From assembly GCA_030390025.1 (NCBI GenBank), contig CM059432.1, forward strand, positions 79,610,001 to 79,674,000: 64,000 nucleotides of DNA, in the 5' to 3' direction. Position numbers and translations under genes: made by a program. The stretch is from Squalus acanthias. Its lineage: Eukaryota. This document shows, piece after piece, positions 53,684 through 64,000 of this stretch. Position 1 is the stretch's first letter. Each line of letters opens with the position of its first letter. A model generated the notes under the pieces. The model was not told the origin of the DNA. It ran no database searches and saw only the letters and a list, made by a program, of their open reading frames with translations.

Positions 53684-54330
53684 CTTCTCCCAATTATCAG
53701 CTTCACCCCACACCGCGCCGGCTCCTTCCCACCTCCTCACCAGTATTAATATTAAAGTAAAACAATGCGAGCACGGCCCAACCGTCAAAAACACCCCGAG
53801 TACAGCGGACTGGCACCGCCCACTCCACCGCGGGGGGGGGGGGGGGGAGCAGAATCATTCACACACAAAATATAAACAAACACTGACCATATCATTCGAG
53901 GTAAATTATAAATCCCATTAACAATAGATTCTCAAAGTATTGTATTCTCTTTTATTTGTGTTTATTTAATTTAACACGACGGAATATAATGGGAAAGTCT
54001 TATTGTGAGGCCTCTGGAGCCGTTAACGATTAATCTCGAGGAGTGACGGCGCCCTCTGGAGGAAGCGAGTGGAGTAACCGGGCAGGGCTGTGACGACAGC
54101 CGGAGCTAGGGGGCCTTCACCATAGTTGGAGACCATTGCTCACCAAGAGGAAATGTGACTGTGACCATTAATTTACACAATAAAGAACACAAAGAATTTA
54201 TGGAAGTAGAAAAAGTAACTCGAATTCGTTAAGTTTCCTTTGGTTTTATTTATAATTTGGATTTTATTGTTTCATTTGATTTTGATTGGTGACAGGTGGG
54301 TCACCCTGCTCGACCAATCAGAAGAATAGA
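53684..54330 (-). promoter_or_regulatory. COPS5 5' UTR / proximal promoter
   Basis: Locally CpG-rich region upstream of the ATG; CTCF-like motif at 54048-54062; oppositely oriented CCAAT boxes at 54285-54289 and 54314-54318; G16 run at 53832-53847. Confidence 0.55.
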
Positions 54331-54349
54331 AAAATAACTTGCCCATATT

Positions 54350-55080
54350 GGCCCAAAAATTAGTATCAGTACGCGAGAGTACGCACTGTGTACTCTCGCG
54401 TATTCTGTCTCCAATTGCCGGTTTCCAGCATGCACTGAAAACCGGCACTTGGTGATTTCAAAAGGGGGCGGTTCCTAGGTGAACCGCGTGCGCGCTACAG
54501 GCTGCGCGCACGCAGTGCACTTAGTGCTTTGAACGCGCAGGTAAGCATGGAAGATTTTGCACATAAAGAAAGGAGGCGTAAGACCCTCTTTTAACAAGGT
54601 AAGTAGTTAATTAAGTATTATTTTGAATTTTTTTCAACAGGTATATCTTTTTTAGAGACTTTAAAGAAAGGCAAGTTTATTTTTATAACTTTTAAAGAGA
54701 TTTTAAATTTTTTCAAAAATTTTATTTTTCGTTTAAAGTGGTTAATTTATTTAACTATACTTATTTTATTAATGTGATGGTTTTTTTTAAATTTAATTGA
54801 GGTTTAGCTGTTCTTTTGGGGGGGTATAGATTCATAGCTTTGACAGCACTTGCTGTGAAAACTATGAATGAAAGATGGTGTGCTGCCATTGGCTCAAACT
54901 TAATCACGTGATCCCACAGCTCGCACGAATTAACTGCGTCTGTGGGATACGCACACACTGCACAGCTGCAGTCTTGAAACTAAAGTTCGTGCGAGCTCGG
55001 AAGGAAAAGGCAGGCGCGCAGTGAGATATCGCGGGGAAGCCTTACCCCCGCAGGAAGGCTCCGTCTTTAATTTCTGGGCC
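54350..55080 (+). mobile_element. Harbinger-type MITE, copy 3 (upstream of COPS5)
   Basis: TIR GGCCCAAAAATT/AATTTCTGGGCC; ATT/ATT TSD. Confidence 0.92.
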
Positions 55081-55114
55081 ATTGTCTCTATTTAATGTAA
55101 TCAAGAAGCAGCAA

Positions 55115-55289
55115 CCTTGAAGAATGGGCATCATTGGCTGACAATTTAATAAGCATCCCATTGCTTTGACTTCTTTCAAACTAACATTTAAAAAAATGAT
55201 GGCTTGTGACTTTGTATAAAGAGCCGAGACTTGAGCTCTGTAATGTCATTAACTGTAAATAAAATGTTGAAATTTTAAAATTAAAAAAA
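55115..55289 (+). mobile_element. Short poly(A)-tailed retro-insertion of unknown source
   Basis: 16-bp TSD AATCAAGAAGCAGCAA at 55099-55114 and 55290-55305; AATAAA at 55258-55263 followed by an A-tail. Confidence 0.8.
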
Positions 55290-55365
55290 AATCAAGAAGC
55301 AGCAAATCTCCAGTAACATTGCTCATAGTGAGTGGCAAGATTTCCTGTTTAGTAATAGAAGTGTA

Positions 55366-55950
55366 CTCTTTTTTGGTGCACACAGAAACAAATAAACTAT
55401 AACTTAACTTACAACTTTAAATGAAACTTAATAAACTAAATTAAAATTTGGTGTTTTGAGTGTACTCTTCTGATTTTGGTGATTAAACAAATAGACTGTA
55501 ACTTAATAAAACATTAAATAAAACGTAACAAATTAAATTAAAATTTGATTGGCTGGGGTGTTGATGCACTCCAGTCCCCACGGCGCCCACCGGTCGCGGA
55601 AGGCCTCAAGCATGCCGGCGGACACCGCGTGCTCCATCTCCAGGGCTACCTGGGCGCGAACATGGCCACAGAAGAGAGGCAGGCAATCGGGCCGAACGAC
55701 CCCCTCGACCGCCCGCTGCCTGGACCAGTTAATGGCTATTTTGGCCAGGCCCAGGAGCAGTCCTACGAGGAGGTCCTCCGATCTGCCCACTCCCCTCCGC
55801 ACTGGGTGACCAAAGATCAGGAGCGTGGGACTGAAGTGCAGCCAAAAATCGAGGAGCAGCCCCTTCAAATAATGAAAGAGGGGCTGCAACCTCTCACATT
55901 CGGTGTATACATGGAACACGGACTCCTCCAGGCCGCAGAAAAGGCAGGCG
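55366..55950 (-). mobile_element. L1/Tx1-clade LINE 3' end
   Basis: C-terminal zinc-binding segment C.FCGLEESVFHVYTECERLQPLF...LLLGLAKIAI; 12-bp TSD AATAGAAGTGTA at 55354-55365 and 55951-55962. Confidence 0.85.
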
Positions 55951-56114
55951 AATAGAAGTGTAATGTCACAAACTACCCAAGAATTTCAGCCTGCCTATGT
56001 TTATTGTTGTGGCTCCATTATAATAATAGGATAATAAAAATTGTTGCAGGTTATACACAGGGCAACAATTGTGATCTTGCTTTTATAAAACAATCATAGA
56101 ATCTTACAGCACAG

Positions 56115-57165
56115 AACAACAACTTACAATTTATATAGCGCCTTTAACTTGGTAAAACGTCCCAAGGTGCTTCACAGGAGCGTTAGCAAACAAAATTTGA
56201 CACCGAGCCACATAAGGAGATATTAGGACAGATGATAGGTTTTAAGGAGGAAAGAGAGGCAGAGCGATTTAGGGAGGGAATTCCAGAGCTTAGGGTCGAG
56301 ACAGCTGAAGGCACGGCCGCCAATGGTGGAGCGATTAAGATCGGGGATGCGCAAGAGGCCAGTTTGGAAGAACGTAGAGATCTTGGAGGGTTGTAGGGCT
56401 AGAGGAGGTTACAGAGATAGGGAGGGGCGCGGCTATGGAGGGATTTGAAAACAAGGATGGGAACTTTAAAATTGAGGTGTTGCTGGACCGAGAGCCAATG
56501 TAGGTCAGCGAGCACAGGGGTGATGGGTGAACGGGACTTGGTGCAAGTTAGGATACGAGCAGCAGAGTTTTGGATGAGCTCAAGTTTATGGAGGGTGGAA
56601 TATGGGAGGCTGGCCAGGAGAGTGTTGGAAGAGTCAAGTCTAGAGGTAACAAAGGGATGAATGAGGGTTTCAGCAGCAGATGAGCTGAGGCAAGGGTGGA
56701 GACGGGCGATGTTACGGAGGTGGAAGTCGGCAATCTTGGTGATGGAGCAGCTATGTGGTCGGAAGCTCATCTCAGGGTCAAATACAGCACCAAGGTTGCG
56801 AACAGTTGATTCAGCCTCAGACATTTGCCAGGGAGAGGGATGGAGTCGGTGGCTAGGGAACGGAGTTTGTGGCGGGGACCGAAGACAATGGCTTTGGTCT
56901 TCCCAATATTTAGTTGGAGGAAATTTCTGTCATCCAGCACTGGATGTCGGACAAGCAGTATGACAAATTAGAGTCAGTGGAGGGGTTGAGAGAGGTGGTG
57001 GTGATGTAGAGCTGGGTGTCATCAGTGTACATGTGGAATCTGACATGTTTTCGATGATGTTGCCGAGGGGCAACATGTAGATGAGAAATAAGAGGGGACA
57101 CAGAGATAACGGTGCGGGAGTGGGAAAGAAGCCATGGCAGATGATTCTCTGGCTACGATTGGATA
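56115..57165 (-). mobile_element. L2 3' fragment
   Basis: VRNLGAVFDPEMSF, HLRNIARL, FVTSRLD, HMYTDDTQLY. Confidence 0.85.
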
Positions 57166-60100
57166 GATTACAAAGTATTACAAAGTATTTACAGCACAGA
57201 AACAGGCCATTCGACCTAACAGGTCCATGCCGATGTTTATGATCCACACGAGCCTCCTCCCACCCCTCTTCATCTAACCCCATTAACATATCCTTCTATT
57301 CCTTTCTCCCTCATGTGCTTATCTAGCTTTCCCTTGAATGCACCTATGCTGTTCCCCTCAACTACTGTAGGATAGGGTGTATTTGTACGATTTAGTAAAC
57401 ATTTTTGTATAACTATAATATGTGAAATTGTATGCTAAAAGCCGGTATAAAATGGCGAATGGCTGAGAGAGAAGCAGGATGGGAAATTATGCCAACCTGA
57501 CTGAAACTCGCTCTGTTTTCAATTACTGAAGTAATGGAATGTAATGCTAAGTTTATGGAGACTGTCAGGAACGTGGTATTCAGTAATGTGATGGAAAAGA
57601 GATAAGAGAAGAGAAGAGAGAGAGAAATGGAAGGCACCCCTCAGTGATACCACTATAAAATGGACAGACTGTTTAGACAACATCTTGGGAAATGGTCTTT
57701 GAAAGAGAACATCTAAAGATAAAGGGCACTTTGATATGTACAAAGCGAGACCTAGTGGGATCAACAAGGTCATAAAACATGTACCAGGTGTTGGATAGCT
57801 GTTTGCAGTCACGTAGGCAAAAGAAAGGAAAGTGTATACAGATACAGATTTTGAACACTGAAGGCAGCACGAACCAAGTAATCAGAGTTGAAGGAGCTTC
57901 AGTCGACAGAACACAGCAAGAAACCAGAGAAGCGAGCTTCAGTCAAGAGAAAACAGTAAGAGAATAAAGAGACCACGCCGCAGTTGCTCAGAAGGAATGC
58001 CGAGGCTCAAACGAACAACACTGTGACTATCTCCTTGTTAAGTATTACTTCTTTGTACTGGATGTTTAATGCTTAATAAACCTGTTTACTGATACACAAT
58101 ATACCTGTACCCAGAGTGGTTTGTGTAGTCACGGACAAATTATTATAAGAGCTTTTGGAAGCTACACTACTCCCTGTGGTAGCGAGTTCCACATTCTAAA
58201 CACTCTCTGGGTAAAGAAGTTTCTTCTGAATTACCTATTGGATTTCTTGTTGACTATCTTATATTGATGGCCCCTAGTTTTTCTCTTCCTCACAAGTGGA
58301 AACACTCTCTCTGTATCCAATCTATCAAAACCTTTCATTATTTTAAAGACCTCTATTAGGTCACCCCTCCGCCTTCTCTTTTCAAGAGAAAAGAGACCCA
58401 GCCTGTTCAATCTTTCCTGATAGGTATAACCTCTCAGTTCTAGTATCATTCTAGTAAATCTGTTTTGCACCTTCTCCGGTGCCTCTATGTCCTTTTTATA
58501 ATATGGAGACCAGAACTGTTCACAGTACTCCAAGAGTGGTCTAACCAAAGTTCTATACAAGTTTAACATAAGTTCTCTGCTTTTCAATTCTATCTCTCTA
58601 GAAATGAACCCGAGTGCTTTGTTTGCTTTTTTTATGGCCTTATTAACCTGCATCGCTACTTTTAGTGATCTGTGTATCTTTACCCCTAGATCCCTCTGTT
58701 CCTCTACCCCATTTAGACACTTATTTTCCAAGGTGTATGTTGCCTACTTATTCTACCTACCAAAACGTATTACCTCGCACTTATCTATATTGAAGTTCAT
58801 TTGCCAATTACACGCCCATTCTACAAGTTTATTAATGTCTTGTATTCGTCGTTGTCCTCCTCTGTAATAACTACATCAACAATTTTGGTGTCTTCCGCAA
58901 ATTTTGAAATTGTACTTCTGATTCCTGAGTCCAAATAGTTTATGTAAATAGTGAACAACAGTGGTTCCAGCACCAATCCTTGTGAAACACCACTTCCCAC
59001 CATTTGCCAATCTGAGTAATTACCTTTAACCCCATCTCTCTGTTTTCTGTTTTGTAGCCAGCTTGCTATCCATTCTGCTACTTGTCCCCTAACTCCACAT
59101 GTTCTGACCTTAGTCATGAGTCTACTATGCAGTACCTTATCAAAGGCTTTTTGGAAATCCAAATATATTACATCAGCTGCATTACCCTTATCTACCCTTT
59201 CTGTTACTTCTTCAAAGAATTCAATAAGGTTGGTTAAGCATGACCTTTTGGAATCTGAGCTGACTACACTTTATTATATTTTCAGTTTCTAGATGTTTTT
59301 CTATTACCTCTTTGATTAAGGATTCCATTATCTTCCCTACCACTGACATTAAGCTAATTGGTCTATTGTTTCCTGGGCTTGTTCTATCTCCCTTTTTTAC
59401 ATTAGCTGTCCACCAGTCCTCTGGCACTACTCCTATTCTAATGAATTTTTATATATATATATATATAATAGATAAGAATGGAACAAGGCAAGTACAGTCT
59501 CACCCAGCTAGACAATGGAGGAGAGGCGTTGGAGGACGATGGCGTGTCAAATGCTGCAGATGGGTAGAGAAGGATGAGGAGGGATAGTTTACCATGGTCA
59601 CAGTCACATAGGATGTCATTTGATAATGACTGTTTCAGTACAGTGGAAGGGCGGAAAACTGATTGGAGGGATTCAAACACACAATTTTGGGAAAGATAGG
59701 CATTTGGGAGGCGACACCACAATTCAAGAACTTTAGAGAGGAAAGGGAGGTTGGCGATGGGGTGGTAGTTTGCAAGGACAGAGGGGTCAAGGGTGGGTTT
59801 TTTGAGAAAGGGGGTGATGACAGCAGATTTGAAGGAGAGAGGGACAGTACCTGAGGAGAGAGAACCGTTAACAATATCAGCTACCACGGGGGCAGGAAGG
59901 GAAGTTGGTTGGCCAGGGTCGGGGAGCATGAGGTGGGTCTCATGGACAAGATGAGCTAGGAGAGGGCATGAGGGGAGATAGGAGAGAAACTAGAGAAAAA
60001 TGCGAGTTCAGGGCTAGGGCACGGGGGTACCATTGGCCCGATGAACTAGGGGGAGGCAAGGAAGCAGCAGAGGCAGCTGAGCGTATAGTCTCAATCTTAG

Positions 60101-60500
60101 TGACAAAGAAATCCATGAGCTCCTTGTACTTGTTGTTGGAGGTGAGGGTGGAGGGGGCAGAGGAGAGGGGTTTAAGAAGATGGTTTGTAGTGAAGAGAAG
60201 CCGGGGGTTAACTTTGCATTCCAAGATGATCCTGGAATAGTGAGCAGTTTTGGCAGAGGAGAGCAGGACCGATAGTGCTTTATGTAGTTCAGCCAGATCT
60301 GGCGATGAATGGCTAACCCAGTTGTCTGCCATAAACGTTCAAGTCTGTGTCCCTTGGACTTAAGGGAGCGGATTTGGGAGCCATACCGGGGAAATGACCA
60401 GGGCGAGAGTTAGTAATGTTTTAATGGGGACTGGGGCATTAAAGGTCGATTGAGCAGATCGATAGCTGCAGAAATGTCATGGTGAATGGAGGGCCAAAGG
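57166..60500 (-). mobile_element. CR1 fragment (57166-59445, host of a solo LTR) followed by an L2 fragment (59468-60500)
   Basis: DFQKAFDKV and LVRPLLEYC; then FKSAVITPFLKKPTLDP and ANLPFLSKVLE. Confidence 0.82.
57366..58166 (+). mobile_element. Solo LTR (801 bp) inserted in a CR1 3' end
   Basis: TGTAG...CTACA ends; 4-bp TSD CTAC; TATAAAA at 57654 and AATAAA at 58075; host CR1 is contiguous across the insertion. Confidence 0.85.
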
Positions 60501-61216
60501 CTAGACAGTTGGGAATTTCAAAGTGCAGTTGTAAGTGACTTGGGGAGAGTTTTTTCAAGGGGAGGACACAGAAGGAAGTGGGGTTGGGAGAAGGCCATTT
60601 GGCCCATCGTGCCTCTTTGAAAGAGCTGTCCAATTTAGTCCCACAACCCAGCCTTTTCCCCATAACCCTGTCAATTAGTCCTCTTCAAGTACATGCCCAA
60701 TTGCCAAAGTGCCACAAAGAGCAATGAGATAAATGACCAGATAATGGGCCAGAAATTGATCTGGCTCTGTTCCCGCGGGGGTAAGGAGCAGGCGCGGTAA
60801 TACATACCGCGTCTGCCGTTTCGGGTTTTCCACGGAGGAACTTCATCTTTTCTGTGATTGAGTGCAGGGCAGCGTATGACGTCACACTGCCCTGCAGCGC
60901 AGCGTGCGCGTTGCATCGCGTGCGATGTGGAGTGAAGACACGCCCATTAAGGTCTCTTTTCCATAGGCCACGCCCCCGATTTTTTTCTCAATTGAATGCA
61001 TTTTCGCAGCAGCTGAAGACACAATTCTATCACTGTTCGACGTGGAATTTACAGTAAGTTGGATTTAAATGCATGGTTTGAAAACTTTTAAAGATTTTTA
61101 GTTTAATTTGAGTAATGTTAAACATTTGCAAAGAGATTTAAAGTAATTTAAATAGTTTTAAAAGCCCAGAAATCATTTTTTTCATTGATTTTACTGTTTA
61201 TAATCAGCAAACGGAA

Positions 61217-62826
61217 ATGGCTGCTATCAGCAATATCCAATTTATCTAAAGAACACAGAATTTCAGTGATGATGATCTCCGTACACTTCTTGACGAGGTA
61301 GAATCGAAACGTTTACGGATAATTGGAACTGAGACGTCCAAGCCGCCTCGAAAAGGCCAAATGGCAGCGTGGAAAGAGGTTGCTCAAAGTGTGACCGCAA
61401 CCTCGACCATTCCTCGTACAGCTGAGCAATGTCGCAAAAAATTCAGCGATTTATATCGAACGCTCAAGGTTTGTATAGTTATAACAAAAGTCAATGTTAA
61501 AATTTCTTTACATTTAAAATGAAAAGCCTTGAAACAGTGTTGTTTGCTAAGCTGAGTTAACTAAAGTCACAAGATGCTCCCATAAATTTTTATGGCTTTT
61601 GTAGCCAGGCAAGTCTCATAAAATGCTAATGTCATCTTGATTGCAATGCTTTGAGTTGCTTACTGAGTTAACTGTGTGAGTGCCAATGTAGTTTTGGTGT
61701 AAAAACCCTTACATTTCAGATTTTCATTTTCAATTTTAGAGTAAAACTGCTCACAACGCCAGAGAACGTTCACTGACAGGCGGTGGTGTTGTCACGTTAA
61801 GGGCTTTAACCGAACATGAGGAAAGGCTCGAGCATATGTTTGGATATCTTAGCGGATGTCCCTTTGGAAATGAACGATTCGACACAGGTGATGTGTGCTG
61901 AATATCAGCTTCTGTGATGTGGCACATCATGCTTTGCCTTTGCTAATCTTTACTGTTTCCTTTACATAGGTTTACAGCATACTTCTCAGTCACGGGATGA
62001 GCAGTGCGTTGAGTCTGCAGCCGAAGAGGTCATTGGTGAAGGGCATGTTGAGCCAGTGGGAGATGCGAGTGAGGTGGTGGTGGAGGAGCAGCAAGAGGAA
62101 ATTGTTGCTGAATTAAACATGGAGGTTCTGGAATCTGGGTTGCAGGAGAGGTCCTCTCAATCTTCCTCTCCAACTCCTGGCACCTCTGGCTCTGTGCCAA
62201 ACAGACAGCAGCTTGATACTACAGTGCCTGTGGGAGACACAGATATATATGCAGCAGAACAGGAGATACAGGGTCACATCCACCATCTTGAAGGCTTGAG
62301 TCAATCGATGTCTTCTCTTACAGAGAAAGAAATTGATTGTCTTGCCTCGGTCAAGCAGGGAGTGGAATGTCTGTGCATGTCACTTAATGAAATGACTCAG
62401 AATCAGGGAATGGAGCTTAAGAAAATAAATGAGTCTCTTGAAGGACTGTTGCAGAAACCCGATTTGGGAGTGGATCTTAGGAAAATAAATGAGTCTCTTG
62501 TTGGACTGTTGCAGAAACCCGATTTGGGAGTGGATCTTAGGAAAATAAATGAGTCTCTTGTTGGACTCATGCAAATAATTTCTGCTGCCATTACTGTGAC
62601 TCCCTCAGAACCAACCTTACCTGCTCCCAGCGCAGAATCAGTGCAGGTCCAAGAGCCAGCTACTCCGCCTACGATGATGCAATCAAACATTGCCTTGCAG
62701 CAGCAGCAGCAGCAACAACCCTGTCAGGAGGCAATTGCTGAAGGGCAAACGATGGCAAGCAGGGCCGTTTCAAGTCGCAGCACCGGGCAACGGTCACGGG
62801 GAGCGGGAAATCGCAAGAGACATTAG
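61217..62826 (+). pseudogene. Harbinger Myb/SANT-like DNA-binding gene, 3 exons (61217-61468, 61740-61887, 61970-62826), one premature stop
   Basis: Splices in frame with GT-AG (252+148+857=1257 nt). Sequence RTQNFSDDDLRTLLDEV...AAWKEVAQSV...RTAEQCRKKFSDL / SKTAHNARERSLTGGG...LTEHEE. Single TAA at codon 11 (61247-61249). Confidence 0.85.
62406..62574 (+). repeat. In-frame 60-bp tandem repeat, about 2.7 copies, in the Myb gene
   Basis: The 20-aa unit LxKINESLxGLLQKPDLGVD repeats; consecutive 60-nt lines are nearly identical. Confidence 0.95.
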
Positions 62827-63382
62827 GGTGTTGCATGTTCCACAATGCACATCCATTGACCCTCAGGAATAGTTTATTTGTGGTAAAATTTTTCAATTGT
62901 TTAATTTTTAGTTTTATTTAAAACTTACATGTTTACATTTTTATTTATTTATATATATATTTGACACTGAAACTGAAAGTTAGCTTTTCATTGAAAAAGT
63001 ACAGCCTCTAGTCACTTTTTAAAAATTCAAATTGTTTATTTGCACAAAAAAATTGAACATTTAAACTTTTTTACATTTAGGAAAGAGTTATTTTCCATCT
63101 TGAATGTCTTTACTGCATTAACGAAGCAAAAAAGTAAGTCAGAACTGTGAACAAATTTTTTAAAACCTATTTCTGTTTACGATTGTTTACAAAGTTGAAA
63201 AGTAGCTAGTTAACATTGAAAAGTTATAAACTATGTAAAGCAACAATGAACCTCAGAAGTCTATAATGCTGCAATAAAGAGCACTGTTTCACTTTAAATT
63301 GTGTCTGTACCTTTATTTGCCTTGCTGGTGGAGAGGGAGGGGGAGGGGGAGCGGGAGCGGGAGCGGGAGGTACAAGGCGACA

Positions 63383-63882
63383 CTACCTCGTGAAGGTGTT
63401 GGCTACCAGCTGCTCCCGAGCAGCCTTACTTTGAGCAGCAGTTGGCTCTTCCCCATCATGCCTTCCCACAGGCACATTGGCATTGTCCACGTCCTCCATT
63501 TCTGCAGGTAGTTCATCTGCAGCGTTAAGGGTCAGTCCTTCCTGCAGGGCAAAGTTATGCAAAGCACAACAGACCACCACAATCTTTGCCACTTTCGCAG
63601 GAGAATACTGCAAGGTCCCCCCTGACCTGTCCAGGCACCGGAAGCGTGATTTCAGAACTCCAATTGTCCTCTCCACCACTTGCCGTGTGGACACGTGTGC
63701 CTGGTTGTATCTCTCCTGAGCCTCATTATTGGTCTTGCGGTAGGGAGTCATCAGCCATGGTAGTAGTTTCTCCTTCTCTGGAGGAGACGGGCTTGGTTCC
63801 TCCGTCTGATTAGTTGTCTGTATTCGAAAATTCTCTGATACACAATCCCACAGAGGAACAGGAATTGATTGTGAAAGGGCAT
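63383..63882 (-). pseudogene. Harbinger (HARBI1-like DDE) transposase with a large internal deletion
   Basis: C-terminus LPWLMTPY...ERYNQAHVSTRQVVERTIGVLKSRFRCLDRSGGTLQYSP..V..IVVVCCALHN is joined out of frame near 63765 to an Arg-rich N-terminus (ATG at 63882, MPFHNQ...RRRNQARLLQRRRNY). Confidence 0.85.
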
Positions 63883-64000
63883 CTTTCTCTCACACAGGCT
63901 TCCTCTTCAAACTGAAAGTTGTAATGAAAAAATGGAAATAGTTGTTAAAGTAACTTTAGTTAAGTGAGTGGCTATAAAATCAGGTCGGGCTATGGTGGGA

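Larger units (their letters stand above)
60746..64000. mobile_element. PIF/Harbinger DNA transposon, defective two-gene element; right end lies beyond the window
   Basis: Terminus GGGCCAGAAATTGATCT after AAT; Myb/SANT gene (+) and HARBI1-like transposase (-) in convergent arrangement, separated by an AT-rich spacer containing polyA signals. Confidence 0.9.

Noticed and set aside
53684..53794. N-terminal extension of COPS5 suggested by ORF 53537-53794
   Set aside because: It starts at a non-ATG codon; the ATG at 53683 has a good Kozak context and matches the conserved N-terminus.
53832..53847. G16 run as a functional G-quadruplex
   Set aside because: A plain homopolymer whose length is unreliable; no independent support.
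62406..62574. Regular repeats resembling a CRISPR array
   Set aside because: Head-to-tail 60-bp coding repeat with no unique spacers, in a eukaryotic context.
62056..62826. 256-aa ORF as a stand-alone novel gene
   Set aside because: It is exon 3 of the Harbinger Myb gene, in frame with the upstream exons.

Overview
This is eukaryotic genomic DNA, most likely from a cartilaginous fish (inferred from the CR1/L2/Penelope/Deu-SINE repeat content). It holds one complete host gene, COPS5/CSN5 (COP9 signalosome subunit 5, JAMM deneddylase). The gene is on the minus strand with 8 coding exons from 53683 down to 12123, all GT-AG, giving 1011 nt or 336 aa. The rest is mostly transposon-derived: nested CR1, L2, RTE and Tx1 LINE fragments, tRNA-derived SINEs, two solo LTRs with 4-bp TSDs, and Tc1/mariner and hAT MITEs. 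Highlights: (1) a PIF/Harbinger element at the right end with a 3-exon Myb/SANT gene and an internally deleted transposase, plus three ~735-bp MITEs sharing its terminus; one MITE brings a cluster of consensus splice sites and a possible 30-nt poison/recursive exon into COPS5 intron 6. (2) Penelope-like elements forming hairpins and carrying minimal hammerhead-ribozyme motifs. (3) A probable tRNA-headed, ORF1-less LINE 5' end in intron 1. I see no convincing new multi-gene system; the novelty candidates are at the level of transposon families and regulatory elements. Boundaries of LINE fragments are approximate.
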